The position numbers were made by a program, and so were the translations under genes. Below are positions 10,910 through 22,844 of a stretch of 64,000 nucleotides of DNA, one piece after another (the stretch's first letter is position 1; every line of letters starts with the position of its first letter). The stretch is from contig NC_086097.1 of the NCBI RefSeq assembly GCF_963921235.1, positions 146,260,001 through 146,324,000 of the forward strand, written 5' to 3'. The DNA is from Mobula hypostoma. Lineage: Eukaryota. Below the pieces are notes generated by a model that had not been told where the DNA came from, made no database searches, and saw nothing but the letters and a program-made list of their open reading frames with translations.

Positions 10910-12940
10910 GACTGATATTGGTTTATTATGGACAAGCATACAGTGAAAAACTCATCTTGTTCATACAGATCAAATAGTTACCCTGTGCATTAAGGTAGAG
11001 CAAGGTAAAACAATGACAATGCAGAATAAAGTGTAAAAATGACAGAGAAAGTGCACTGCAGGTAAACAATGAAGTGCAAGATCATAACAAGGAAGACTAT
11101 AAGGTTAAGAGTCCATCATATTGTACTAGACAACCATTTGTGTCTTGGAACAGCAGGGTAGAAGCTGTCCTTGAACTTGGCATTGTATGCTTTCATCTTC
11201 TTCTGACCAATGGAAGAGAATAAGAGGTAATGTCCAGAGTGATTGTGGTCTTTGATTATGTTGGCTTTATTACTAAGGCATCATTTTGATACTCAATTGC
11301 CCTTTCTGAAAGCATTCGTAGTATGAAAATTGCGTTCCTTGTTCCTCTATCCTCAATAAATACATATTGCAGTTTAGAAGTTTCTGACCTTAACTTGTTT
11401 ATAATTCGACTCAGAACAATTCTCAACAAAATCTTTATTATGTGACTCATAAGATTGGTTGTTCTATAATTTTTGCAGTCAATAGTTCCAGGAATTTTTG
11501 GCAGAGTTATAAATACTGATTTCAAGAGATCATCAGGCAATACACCAGACTCATATATGCCATTAAACAGTTCAAAAAGAATATCTATGCCCAGGTCTTC
11601 TAGGGTTTGTATCATTTCCACTGAAATTCCATCAGGTCCAGTGGCTTTACCATGTTTCATGCTTTTCATTGCTTTAGTTATTTCCTCTCTGGTAATAGGT
11701 GGGCCAGAATTAGGGTCTTTAATATCTGGGGGATCCCCTTTTATCTCCAAAAAGCTGCTCTATATACTGAATCCACCTTTCACATACTTTATCTGGGTCC
11801 GTTAGTATGGATCCGTCTGCTGATCTTATGTATCCTGTAGAGGAGGTTTTCTTAATTCCAGTAACTTCCTTAATTTTCTTGTGATTTTCAACAATTGCTT
11901 CAAAATTTATATTGGAATCAAATGGCAGTGGTAAAAATTGATGATAATATAAGCAGTTGGACTAAAGTTCAAAGAGAAGTTAGACAGGGATGTGTTGCCT
12001 CACCGGAATTATTTAATATCTATGGTGAAATGATTCTCAGGGAAATAGAAGACCTAGATGGGATAAAAATTGGAGGTGTTAACATCAACAATATAAGATA
12101 TGCAGACGATACCACCCTAATAGCAAGTGCTGCAGAAGACCTACAAATCCTCCTAGACAAAGTAGTACAAACAAGTGCAGATTTTGGTCTAACCATCAAC
12201 TGCAAAAAAAAAACAAATGTATGGTAATGTCAAAACCGCAGGATACTTCCAACTGCCAATTGTACATCGGTAACCAAGAGATTGAACAAAAGACCAGCTT
12301 TAATTACCTTGGAAGCTTTATATCATAAGATGCTAGAAGTAAAGTAGAAATAAAAAGAAGAATTGCCATTGCTAAAACCAAGTTCCAAAAAATGAAACCC
12401 GTTTTTACCAACAGACACATTTTATGACAACAAGGCTTAGGCTACTAAAATGTTACATCTAGTCAATCTTGCTGTATGCATCCAAAACATGGACCATAAC
12501 ACCAGAACTCCAAAGAAACTTAGAAGCAACAGAAATGTGGTTTCTTAGAAGAATGCTGAAAATATCATATAGAGATAGGGTAACTAATGAGACAGTACTC
12601 CAACATGCCCATATGAAAAGATCTTTAATGAGAACATTAAATGAGAGGAAACTTAAATTCCTGGGCCATGTCATCAGAAAGGCAGAAATAGAATGCCTTA
12701 CATTACAAGGCAGTATGCCAGGGAAACATGGTAGAGGAAGGCAAAGAAGAAAATATATGGACACTGAAAAAACTAACAGATTTAAGTGTGCGAGATGCTG
12801 CGAGGGATTGTTCGATGTGGAGTGCCATGATCGCCCAAGTGTGCAATGCGCAAGGCACATGAAGAGAGAGGGATTACTGAGGCAGGGAGAAGTATAGAAC
12901 TGAGAGGGGAGTCTACCCTCTGTGATTTGCTGTGCTTCAA
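10910..12940 (-). mobile_element. Old REX1/L2-like 3' fragment, split by the RTE insertion
   Basis: Similar to the repeat at 52440-52730; host sequence resumes across the RTE at the duplicated ATTACT(A/G)AGGCA. Confidence 0.6.
11281..12872 (+). mobile_element. RTE-clade LINE, 5'-truncated with inverted 5' segment (11281-~11892 minus, ~11893-12872 plus), 12-bp TSD
   Basis: Minus ORF GKATGPDGI...RGTRNAIFILRMLSERAIE; plus ORF LQNLYWNQ...RQGCVASPELFNIY...NIRYADDT; LYASKTW...EMWFLRRML; GA-rich tail; TSD 11269-11280 / 12873-12884. Confidence 0.92.
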
Positions 12941-13584
12941 GTAAGTTGAAAAATGCTGGAAGAAACCCATATGAGAGGATTGAAATGCACTATTAACATA
13001 GACCCACTTTCGTTGACCTGTTCATTAAGGACCACCTTGTTAAACTATTAGTACCTCTGCATTGTAACTAATTTCAATAGTGATCAGTAGCAATTCAAGT
13101 AGCAATTCCAGAACCTGCATTGTCAAAGACAAGGAAATTATGGCTTCTGGAAATGATGGGACTGAATGTCATGGTGAATCACAATAATTACAAGTATTAA
13201 TGGTGAAAGCACAGGAGAGCGTGTTCTTTTTGATGGCTGCATGGAGTAAATGGAAAGAATGATTAATGCAAGTATCCACAGGGGCTCAAGGACCAAGTAC
13301 AGGATACAGGCAGGGATAACTCAGTAGATGAATGCCTGGGGCCAGGCACAAATGAAATGTATGCAATGTTGCATACTGCCAGTGAGTTCACTTACTGGCA
13401 TGGGCATGGACTGACTGGCATTTTCAATGATCCTACTGAATTGACTGTTTTATTAATATGAATCCTCTCTCACAATATTATAGCCTGGAGCTATTTGTAC
13501 AAGGAACCCGACATGCACAGGTGGGTACAAGTACAGCACATGGAAGGAAATCAGACAGGCCATGTCACATACGCAAAGGTTCCC

Positions 13585-13770
13585 AACACACACAAAATGC
13601 TGGAGGAACTCAGCAGGCCAGGCAGCATCAATGGAAAAAGTACAGTCGATGTTTCAGGCTGAGACCCTTCAGCAGGCCTGGGAAAAAGAAAGCTGAGTAG
13701 TAGATTTGAAAGGTGGGGGAGGGGAGAGTGAAACGCCAGGTGATAGGTGAAACTTGGAGGGGGAGGGATA
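13585..13770 (-). mobile_element. Penelope-like pLTR fragment with decayed hammerhead motif
   Basis: cacaaaatgctggaggaactcagcagg...gatgtttcaggctgagacccttcagcagg. Confidence 0.7.
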
Positions 13771-14009
13771 AAGCAAATTTAATCAAAATGCCAGATTGCA
13801 GCATCTGCAGTCTCTTAATCAAAGGCCTTGCAAGGTTCAAAGTGGATGAGTTCTGCGCAACAACAAGCAATACCATATACCAAGCACAAAAAACTTAAAA
13901 AATCTACACTGAAACAAAAGTAGGGTGAAGCATATCTCTGAGTTAAGCAACTATTCCATCCAATTACAAGTGGCCAATTTACAGATACATATAAATTGTT
14001 GGTTCTTAC

Positions 14010-14114
14010 CTGTCTGGTAGAGGGCTGAACAACAAGGCTCCAGCAAACAGGTCAGCCATAGTACTAGTGTGTGAGAATTGACTTAGCCAGCGGGTGATCA
14101 CAAACCAAATTAAA
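14010..14114 (-). pseudogene. SLC22A13: SLC22A13-like exon 2 (105 nt; +1 frameshift)
   Basis: CTCCAG|TTTAATTTGGTTTGTGAT = FNLVCDH, extra C in CACCCG, then RWLSQFSHTSTMADLFAGALLFSPLPDR; donor AG|GTAAGA. Confidence 0.88.
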
Positions 14115-15449
14115 CTGGAGGGACAAAAATAATCACATCAAGGATGAGTCATTAGAGTTAAACTCTGGAGAATCTTAGTACTAAGTGTGTTTAAAAATAT
14201 TAAATTATATGAGTAAGATTGAATCATGTGAGCTTTTAATGGGCTTTGGAAGGAAGTATAGAAGTAAATCAAACTTCAAAATAAATTTATTATCAATGTA
14301 CTGTATATGTCACCAAATACTAACCTGAGATTCATTTTATTGCAAGCATTTATAATACAATCAATGAAAAACTACATGCAAGGTCTATTGAGCAGCCAAT
14401 ATGCAAAAGAAGATGAACTCTACTAATACAACAAAATCAAATAATAATATTAATAATAATTAAGTAAATAAATGACATATGGCCACTAGCACAAAATTTG
14501 AGCAAGGGCAAAGTATGAACAAATCTCCTATTAATAGACAAAGGAGAGTGCTTGGATGTGCCCAGGGCAGATATTTGTTTTAATCCTCTCCTGATCTGTA
14601 ATTTACAGAAACACAGAAGTATGACCTTAAAAACAAACCAGGCAGGGGAATTATTTTAGCAATAATCAGTTTGGCAAATGTTGTATTCACACTGGTGTGG
14701 ATAGTGTACCAAGACAAGAGACAGTCAATAGACCTTGTAAGTATTAGCTACCATTTGTTTTGATGCAATGACCAGAAACCCAGGGACCTACCCACATACA
14801 GGCCATCGCCAGGTGTCGGCAGGTGTCTGTTTCTGTGAACTGTTCATAACTCAAAACACGTTTGCAAGTCAGAAACTCAATCACAAACCGAGTTCCCCCA
14901 TTGACAGAATTTGCTGCAGTCCTGCAAATCCATCCTGCCATTCCCCAGAAGCTGAGTGACATGTATGGGCAAACCACCAGGTATTTCCTGCTGGGGTGAA
15001 GGTAGCAGAACTAACCCATAAACATCATGTGGAAATAAGGACTGATCCTGGCATTCTCTTCCTTTTCCTTTCCTCCTCTTGAACTTTGTTCTGCTCTCTA
15101 TGTCTTGCTCAATCTCTCAGTCATATTATATTCCAAGAATGCTTGTTAATGTCTTTGGATTTGTGCTGAAACCCCAAGTTCAAATCAGAACCACATTTCC
15201 TCTTAGTAAACTCAATGATTAAAAAAACTCCAGTCAAACACTTGTAGAAACATACTATCTGAAATGGGCTGATAATTCTTTTAAATAGAAGTAGTGGCAG
15301 GATCTGTCCGGCTGCTAGAAGTGTGCTCGGCAATGCAAGGATGAGAGACAGCAATAAGGGAACAGCTGCGCTCCATGTTTGCAGCCACCTGATTCACTAT
15401 GTTAGGGTCTTTATGGAAGTGATTTGCCATTTATAGTAACCATATGTAT

Positions 15450-16050
15450 AGGATTAGAATATAAAAGCAAGCATGTAATGCTGAAGTTTTATAAGGCATT
15501 GTTCAGATTGCACTTTGAAGTATTGTGAGCAATTTTGGAACCTTATCTAAGGAAGGATGTGCTGGCATTGTAAAGGGTCCAGAGAAGAATGATCCCAGGA
15601 AGGAAAGGGTTAACATATGAGGGGTGTTTGATGGCTCTGGGCCTGTAATCACTAGAATTTATAATAATGAGGGGGGCATCTCATTAAAAACGATTGAATA
15701 TTGAAATACCTTGATAGAGTGAATGTGGAGAGTGTGTTTCCTATAGTGGGGGAGTCAAGGACCAGAGGGCACATCCTCAGAATAGAAGGACATCCCTTTA
15801 GGATGGAAATGAGGAGGATTTTCTTTAGCCAGAGGATGGCGAATCTGTGGAGTTCATTGCCATGGATGGCTGTGGAGGCCAAGTTATTGGGTACACTTAA
15901 AGCAGAGGTTGATAGATTCTTGATTAGGAAGGCTATGAGGACACAGCAGGAGAATTGGGTTGAGAGGGATAATGAATCAGCCATGATTGAATAGCAGAGC
16001 AGACTCAATGGACTGAATGCCCTAATTCTGTTCTTATGTCTTATGGTCTT
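15450..16050 (+). mobile_element. CR1 LINE 3' fragment
   Basis: SRTRGHILRIEG..FRMEMRR.FFSQR..NLWSSLP; 3' end tcttatgtcttatggtct. Confidence 0.85.
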
Positions 16051-17067
16051 GTACTTTGAATGCTACAGTGCTCAATTCTATGGAGACATCCTGAAATCTC
16101 GGGAATTTTAGAAAACTCTTATATCAACACATCAACTTACTATTTCTTTTTACACCTTGGGATTCATAAGGGTACAAGTTTTTGCAATACCATTCTCCTC
16201 AGTTGCTTCCAATTCCCAATTTACAGCTATTCCAAGATGTTACACATATAGTCGAGAGTGAAGATACATGAAAATATATTTATTGTAATTCATCTGCCAT
16301 CTCCTTGTTTTCTATTTTAATTTCTCTGCCTTACTTTCCACACTTTATTTGCTTCTTTTTTAATTGTTTATAGAAATTTTACTATATGATTAATACCTCT
16401 GGCTCGGTTTATCTTGTACTAATTTTCTTTCATTGTTAATTTTACAATTATTGCTTGTAGTTTTCTGCATTCTGCTCAACTTTCAAATGTACAAAGGTAA
16501 TACATTTTTTATTAAATTAACTAGTAGATTTTTCAGTTCAAAGACTTTTATTCAGAAGTGGAACAGAGAGAAAAAATATTTTTAATTTGCAGGGAGAATA
16601 AGGAGAGGTCTGGGTGGGCTAAAGAGACAGGACAAAGGGAAGATTAGAAAAGAACACCTGAAATTTTAACTTCCTTCTTTCTACTGACCTGCAGAGTATT
16701 TTCATCATTTTCTGTTTTGCATCTAGCCTGTGTATTCTGAAAGAAAGATCCCCATAAATATCTGTTATTCACCTTGACCAGTCAACCCCCTCAACTCAGT
16801 TCAGTTCAGCTAGCCTAACTTTTATACTTTCATAATTTCCCCTGTATAATTTTATAGCCTTGGCCTTAGACCCATTCTTCTCTCCCTCGAGCTGAATGTA
16901 AGATTGGCGTTTCATCATCACAAAATATAATTCAAACTTTGGTTGGCTCTAGAAAGTGTTGTATACTATTATAAATCTCAAACACTGGGAGTTCCTTATA
17001 TGGGCTACTTCATACAATCTAATTTTCCAGTCTATATGTAAATTAGATCCCCTATAATTATAGCTAT

Positions 17068-17869
17068 TGTTACATACCCCGTAACTGGGTTGCTAAACCA
17101 GCAGAAATAGACCACTCGTTGGAGTCTGGATTACTAGGAACTAATAAAGTTTTATTAAAGAAATAAGTAACACAGTACTCTAATCGTAAGTATATAAATG
17201 CAACAGGTTAGCAATGATAATAGACACATGTACACAGAACTAGGTTAATAGGAATCAAACCAAGCTCTATTGCAGTCTAGAGGTAAAATGATCAGTCATA
17301 AGTGATGCAGAGTTCAGTTCAGCTTAGTACAGTTCGCAGTAATCGCTGTTGTGCCGTTGGAGAGAAGGGGGGGATGCAGTTTGTTTCAGGCAGACCTTCG
17401 ATGTCTTCTATCCCGCTGTGCTCACCGACTGTGACCCCTTCGTTCCGGATATGACCGTTCTTCCGCGGTGAACCCGGCACCCAGGCAAGGGCGGACACAC
17501 ACACCAGGTTCCCACCGATCGTACCTTTACACCTTGTGATTCTATGGTCAGTTCCCGCGAACCGGACCTCCAAACACTCACCAACTTGTGGGGGCACACC
17601 GCTCTTTGCAGGGTCTCTTTATCTCGTGGTGTCGTGGTGTGTCACGTGCCTAGCGAACCTGCTCTTTTTATCCCCCTGCTGGGGTATCGCCTGTCCATCA
17701 AACTTCAAACAGTTCAGGTTCAAAGCAACAGGTCTGTCAATATTCTGAATTGTGTTTCTTTTCCGTTAATCTCTCTCTCCTCTCTCATTAGCATTTTGGA
17801 CGTTTCTCCATTGTCTCTCTTATCTTTCCCATTAGCATCAATCGCCCAATAACTTGGTTTGGCGTCACA
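17068..17869 (-). mobile_element. Solo LTR (802 bp), Gypsy-like, 4-bp TSD CTAT
   Basis: TGT...ACA termini (TGTTAC/GTCACA), flanked by CTAT at 17064-17067 and 17870-17873; minus-strand ATAAAAA at ~17665-17671 and AATAAA at 17151-17156; CpG-rich. Confidence 0.85.
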
Positions 17870-18109
17870 CTATACTTCTATGATAAACTGCCAATACTTC
17901 TTTCTTTGTGCTCTGGTCTATTTAACAGGGGGCTTTAAACCACTCCATTATTATTTATTCCTCTCCAAGTCACTTTTATATTTTCACTTCCTGAGCTTGA
18001 GCTGCTCACCAAGACAATCATTAATTAGCAGATCCACTCCCCAACCTTTTCCAACTTTCTTGTCCTTCCTAAACTCTGCATGCCACAGTTTCCTAGAAGA
18101 CCTTGGATT

Positions 18110-19520
18110 GTGCGTAGCGGGAGAGAGATTTCAAAAGAAGCAAGCAGTGGCAGTCTTTCTTCCTTTTCTTGCTTCTTATTCCATGGTTAGAGCAATAGGA
18201 TACCAGACAGGATAGGAGAAGGCTCCTCTTGTGGGATCTGGAAAGGCAGGGAGACCTCCAAAGTTCCCGACGACTACACCTGCAAGAAGTGCATCCAGCT
18301 TCAGGTGCCTGCAGAATGTGTTAAGGAATTGGACACAGGTAACTGGGTGACCATCAGGAGGGGAAAGGGAATGGGCAGACAGTGCAGAGTACCCCTGTGG
18401 ACATCCCCCTCACTAACCGATAAACTGCTTTGGATACTGTTGGGAGGGGATGACCTAGCCACCATGGTCAGGTCTCCAGCACTGAGTCTGGCTCTGTAGC
18501 TCAGAAGGGAAAGGGAAAGAAGAGACAAGCTCTAGTGACAGGGCATTCAGCGGTTAGGGGAACAGACAGGAGGTTCTGTGGAGAAGAATGTGTTTCTCGG
18601 ATGGTACTATGTTGCCTCCCAGGTGCCAGGGTCAGGGACGTTTCATTCAAGTTGACAGTACTCTTTAGTGGGAGGGTGAGAAAACAGAGATCATGGTCCA
18701 AATTGGTAGCAATTATATGGGTAGAAAGGCTGATGAGGATCTGCAAAGTGAGTTCAGAAAGTTAAGAACTACATTAAAGGACAGGACCTCCAAGGCTTGC
18801 TCTCAGGATTACTACCCATGCCAGGTGCCAACAAGGCCAGAAATAGGAACTTCCTACTGTTTTACATGTGGTTGAGGAGATGTTGCAGCAGGGAGGGCTT
18901 CATTGGCCTCCTTTCCAGAGAAGGTGGGATCTGTACCTGAATTGGAGGAGACTAATATCCTGTGGGAAGGGTTGCCAGTGCTGCACAGGGGTAGGGAGGG
19001 TGGTGGATATTTAAACTTGAGTAGGCAAATGGAAACCTCAGGGAAGAAATCAATAAGATTGAAAGAGTGCAGAGAAAATTTATAAGGATGTTGCCAGGAC
19101 TTGAGGACCTGAGTTATAGGGAAAGGTTGAACAGATTCGGACTTTATTCCCTAGAGCGTAGGCGAATGAGGGGAGATCTGATAGAGGTATACAAAATTAT
19201 GAGGGCTAAACGTAAGCAGGCATTTTCAAATGAGGTTGGATGAGACTTGAACTAGAGGTCATGGGTTAAGGGTGAAAGTTGAAATGTTTAAGGGTAACAT
19301 GAGGGGAAACTTCTTCACTCAAAGTGTGTTGAGAGTGTGGAATGAGCTGCCAGTGGAAGTGGTGAATGCAGGTTTATTTTCAACATTTAAGAGAAATTTG
19401 GATTGGTACATGCATGGAAGTTGTATGGAAGTCTGTAATTTGGTTGCAGATCTCGGCAGATTAATGGTTTGGCATGTCCTAGATAGGCTGAAGGTCCTGT
19501 TTCTGTGTTGCAGCATACTA
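18110..19520 (+). mobile_element. CR1 LINE with ORF1 remnant fused to the 3' end (most of ORF2 deleted)
   Basis: DYTCKKCIQLQ and SGNH-type VRGTDRRFCG...CLPGARVRDV, then abrupt switch at ~19050 to CR1 3' sequence (RGNFFTQ.V.RVWNELP). Confidence 0.8.
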
Positions 19521-19624
19521 AGACTCCAAATGTCATGTATTATTCAATATTTAGGTTCCAAATCTATGTCATCCTTTAGCATGTCTCTGTAACGGAATTC
19601 AGATCAGACTTACTTCTATTTGCA

Positions 19625-19760
19625 AACAAGAGAAAATCTGTGGATGCTGGAAATGAAAGTAATGCACACAAATGCTGGAGGAACCTCATCAGGTCTGTGT
19701 TACTCTTTTCCGTAGATGCTGCCTGGCCTGCTGAGTTCCTCCAGAATTTTGTATTTGCTC
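19625..19760. mobile_element. Head-to-head Penelope-like pLTR fragments forming an inverted repeat
   Basis: Arms 19668-19693 and 19727-19752 are near reverse complements. Confidence 0.65.
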
Positions 19761-21146
19761 TCACAGTTCATTGTTTTATTGAAAATGTTAAGCCTTTAAT
19801 TCCATTTTTTCATTATTTTGCAACTGCTAGCCTTATTTACTTACTCTTCAATGGATGTTCTCTCTTCCTTCCTGTTATCATGTTCCATTTAGTAGTACTT
19901 TACAAAATAGCCTAGTCTTTCTTTGATTTACTACATCTTGACAACTTAGTCCCTCAGCCTCACTATTTAGTTTAAAATTTCCTCTGCTTTTCTAGTAGTA
20001 CTGCTATCTGCGCCCCTTTAACCAATTCTCACTTCTATCACACCATTGCTAGGTACCTGGTGAATACTTCTTTTGAAGCTGTCTAGATCAAAAATACTAT
20101 TTATCTATCTCAAGTTCAAGTTTAATTGCCATTCAACCATACATAAACACCCACGAATACAGCCAAAACACAGCACCAACAGTCATACACAGCACAAGGC
20201 ACATGCAGCACATATACTGCAAGATAGCAGTAAAGATACAGTCACACGAAAAAAAATATAATATATCCCAAATCTCTTGAATGTCATTGGCAAGAACAAG
20301 TGTGTAGATGAACGCAATACAGATTGTCTTCCACCGAGCACACACTGGAGAGCAGCAGCACAGGTGGGACCAGCACCCAATTCAGCATGGACACTGCGCC
20401 ACACTGCCCTCAGTGTCACCTCCCCTGGGCGGCTGCAATAGGCGACACTGCAGCATGTGGCCTAGTCCGTGCTACAACCGACATTACCAACGTCTAACAG
20501 AGCCTTGCGATCACAAGAAAAACGTTCAAGACAATCACTCGCTGTTAGACTGCCTCCGCGCACTGACTCCGATTCCTTTCTGTAGTAGGCAAACAGTCCA
20601 TATCAAGTCCAGCTCCCCCACTAACGAGCAACTCATTGATGAGGTCGACCTGCAGTACTTGAAGTTCTTAATGTCTCTTGCGATCATTACAAAATGTTTA
20701 AAGAAGACACTAACACCTTTGTTTGGCCCATAGAGACCACTGTATCCAAGCTTGCCGCCATCTTACCAGAAGTTAAGGTATCTCCATATTTTGTTACAAG
20801 AGTGGAAACTATTGACAGGAACTGTTGTCAATATTTATTTTTCCATTTTCAGGTAGGTGTTTTGTGTTGAAGTATTGTGTATTCTAATAATTATATCAAT
20901 GTAGCAGATACTTTTGCATCATGCCTTTGCCTTCACATGTTCTAGTCCAACTCCCTTACAACTCACTACCAGATTTTTAGTATTCTTCTGCTTCAAAATA
21001 TCATAATTACATTTTAAAGCATTTAACTCACTTCAAAAATACTGTGAAAGGAAAAAGGGTGCAGCTAATGGCAACACTTCCAGTGATATAAATGTACAAA
21101 TATTTTTGCAGACTAAATGTTGTATGTTATAATTAAAAACACAAAC

Positions 21147-21525
21147 CTCTGTAACTATGGTCGGTGGATGTTCCGACAAGTCGTTAAGCTCATCCTTCTT
21201 CACATGCTATTGTAGATTTGTTTCCATGAAACAAAATCCAGTTGATGTCTTTATCTGGGTGAGGCGTGTACATTTTACACTTTTGGTAAGACCCGTCTTG
21301 TTCCTTCGAGGTAGTAAGGAACAATTATTCTTCTTTGCTCAACCCATCCATGATACTTAGTATCCAGTTGGCCTGACAGTGATGTTGAACAGTCGCTCCA
21401 GTAAAAACCTGTGCAAGTAAGTGGAATCCTGTAAATAAGTATGGGATACATATCAATACCAGTAAATGTATTTGAAATGCTCCAAATTCTCCCACGTCGT
21501 TAAGAATTTCACCAAACTCGCTCAT
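21147..21525 (-). pseudogene. SLC22A13: SLC22A13-like exon 1 (379 nt; two nonsense codons and a +1 frameshift)
   Basis: MSEFGEILNDVGEFGAFQ...LSKEE*LFLTTSKEQDGSYQKCKMYTPHPDKDINWILFHGNKSTIACEEG*A, then shifted frame (Y)DLSEHPPTIVTE; donor GAG|GTTTGT. Confidence 0.9.
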
Positions 21526-22844
21526 TTTTTCTTTGGCAATTTGTCTTTTCTAAACAATGCAAACTGCAAAGATTGAACCGCAGCAGAGTGACTGGATTAA
21601 TGCTCAGTCACAGTCGTCTACAATTAATCAGCGTTTGAGTACAATTAATCTTTGCAATAATGTGTAGAGGTGAAAATCGCCATCTCAGGGAACAATTCAA
21701 AATTTTTTGGGCAATGTAACGAGTTAATGACACATCTGAACTACTTAAAGCAAACAAGGGAAAAGAATATGGACCTGGAAATTTCAAAGATATTGCAGAT
21801 TAAATTCAACTGTTAAATAGTATTTTGTTTCAATCTTAAATTCATATTAAGGGAACAGTTGCATGGTTTGAATCAGATTTAACTTTAAAATCTCAAGTTT
21901 ATTTTTAAATCACTCATGGGACAAACACATTTATAGCTAGATCAGTATGCATTAACTATTTGCAACAAACGGTAAGACAACAATGATGATCTGCTACCAT
22001 AAGCCACCGCGTTCTTTGTGGTGAACGTACAGTCACAGTGGATGCACATTCAACATCTGTGAGGAAACTGCACAGCAAGTTAGATGTGCGATTTGGAGGT
22101 AAATTTACAGTTGAAAGAAAATTCCTTTGTCTCTGCCACATTTATCCTTGGACGACAAGGTCTGCGAGATACTGCAGGGAAGTACACTATTGCTGTCTGT
22201 ATTGTAAATGGTACATAATGTAGCCACATCATGCTGGGGTGAAGGAATTAATATTAGGGTTGGTGGACTGGAATGCATTAAAGTGAGTTACCTTGACAAT
22301 GAGCTTCATGAGCGATATTTGAGCTACATTATGCAGGCAAGAGATGAGCATTCAACATAATAACTTGCAAAATGTGATGGACTATAGAATTCTCAGAAGA
22401 CTGAAAGACTAAACATAATGTATAAAACTGCAGACTAATAAATTTGAGGAAGACGAATGAAGAGAGACCAAGTAATAAAAAGGGGACTATTCTATGGAGA
22501 GTGCAGGAAAAATTGTACAGGATGTATGAATCTTTGAAATAAACAGATAGACCGAGAAAGCAATTTAAAGAAAAAATTAAGAGAATGCTGGTTTTCATAA
22601 GTGTAGAATAAAGAAATCTGAATGCAATTCTATTAAAACATCACTTAAACCAGAAGTATTGCATCCAATTCTGGTTACCACTTTGTGGATGTATGCAAAG
22701 GCTTTACAGAATGCTTTTAAAATATTTATTGCATCAGCTCCTGGAATGTGGGATGTGCATCACTTGTAGAAGCTAATGACTTTTTTAATTTGGAGGGCGT
22801 GTCAAAAAGGCTTTTAAAATAAGAGGCCAGTTAGGACAGATGGA

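Larger units (their letters stand above)
1004..21525 (-). pseudogene. SLC22A13: SLC22A13-like (OAT10/ORCTL3-like) organic anion transporter pseudogene, exons 1-3 and 5-7; remaining 3' exons beyond window start
   Basis: Six exons with GT-AG borders encode SLC22 motifs (FGEIL..VGEFG.FQ, TIVTE/FNLVCD, RFGR, LPESARWL, YYGL..VGSFG.NIYLT..FG..E, RFGRK). Stops at 21325-21327 and 21190-21192, +1 frameshifts in exons 1 and 2, exon 4 not found. Lies directly downstream of OXSR1 as SLC22A13/14 do in human. Paralog assignment is inference. Confidence 0.8.

Noticed and set aside
20308..20733. 141-aa GC-richer ORF in intron 1
   Set aside because: Lies within a repeat-like block starting with a (CAAGTT)n LINE-type tail at ~20110; no recognisable protein motif
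21190..21192. In-frame TGA as selenocysteine or readthrough
   Set aside because: Position corresponds to a conserved Trp and is accompanied by a TAA and frameshifts
21325..21525. 66-aa ORF as a standalone small protein
   Set aside because: It is SLC22 exon 1 cut by a nonsense codon; homology continues past the stop
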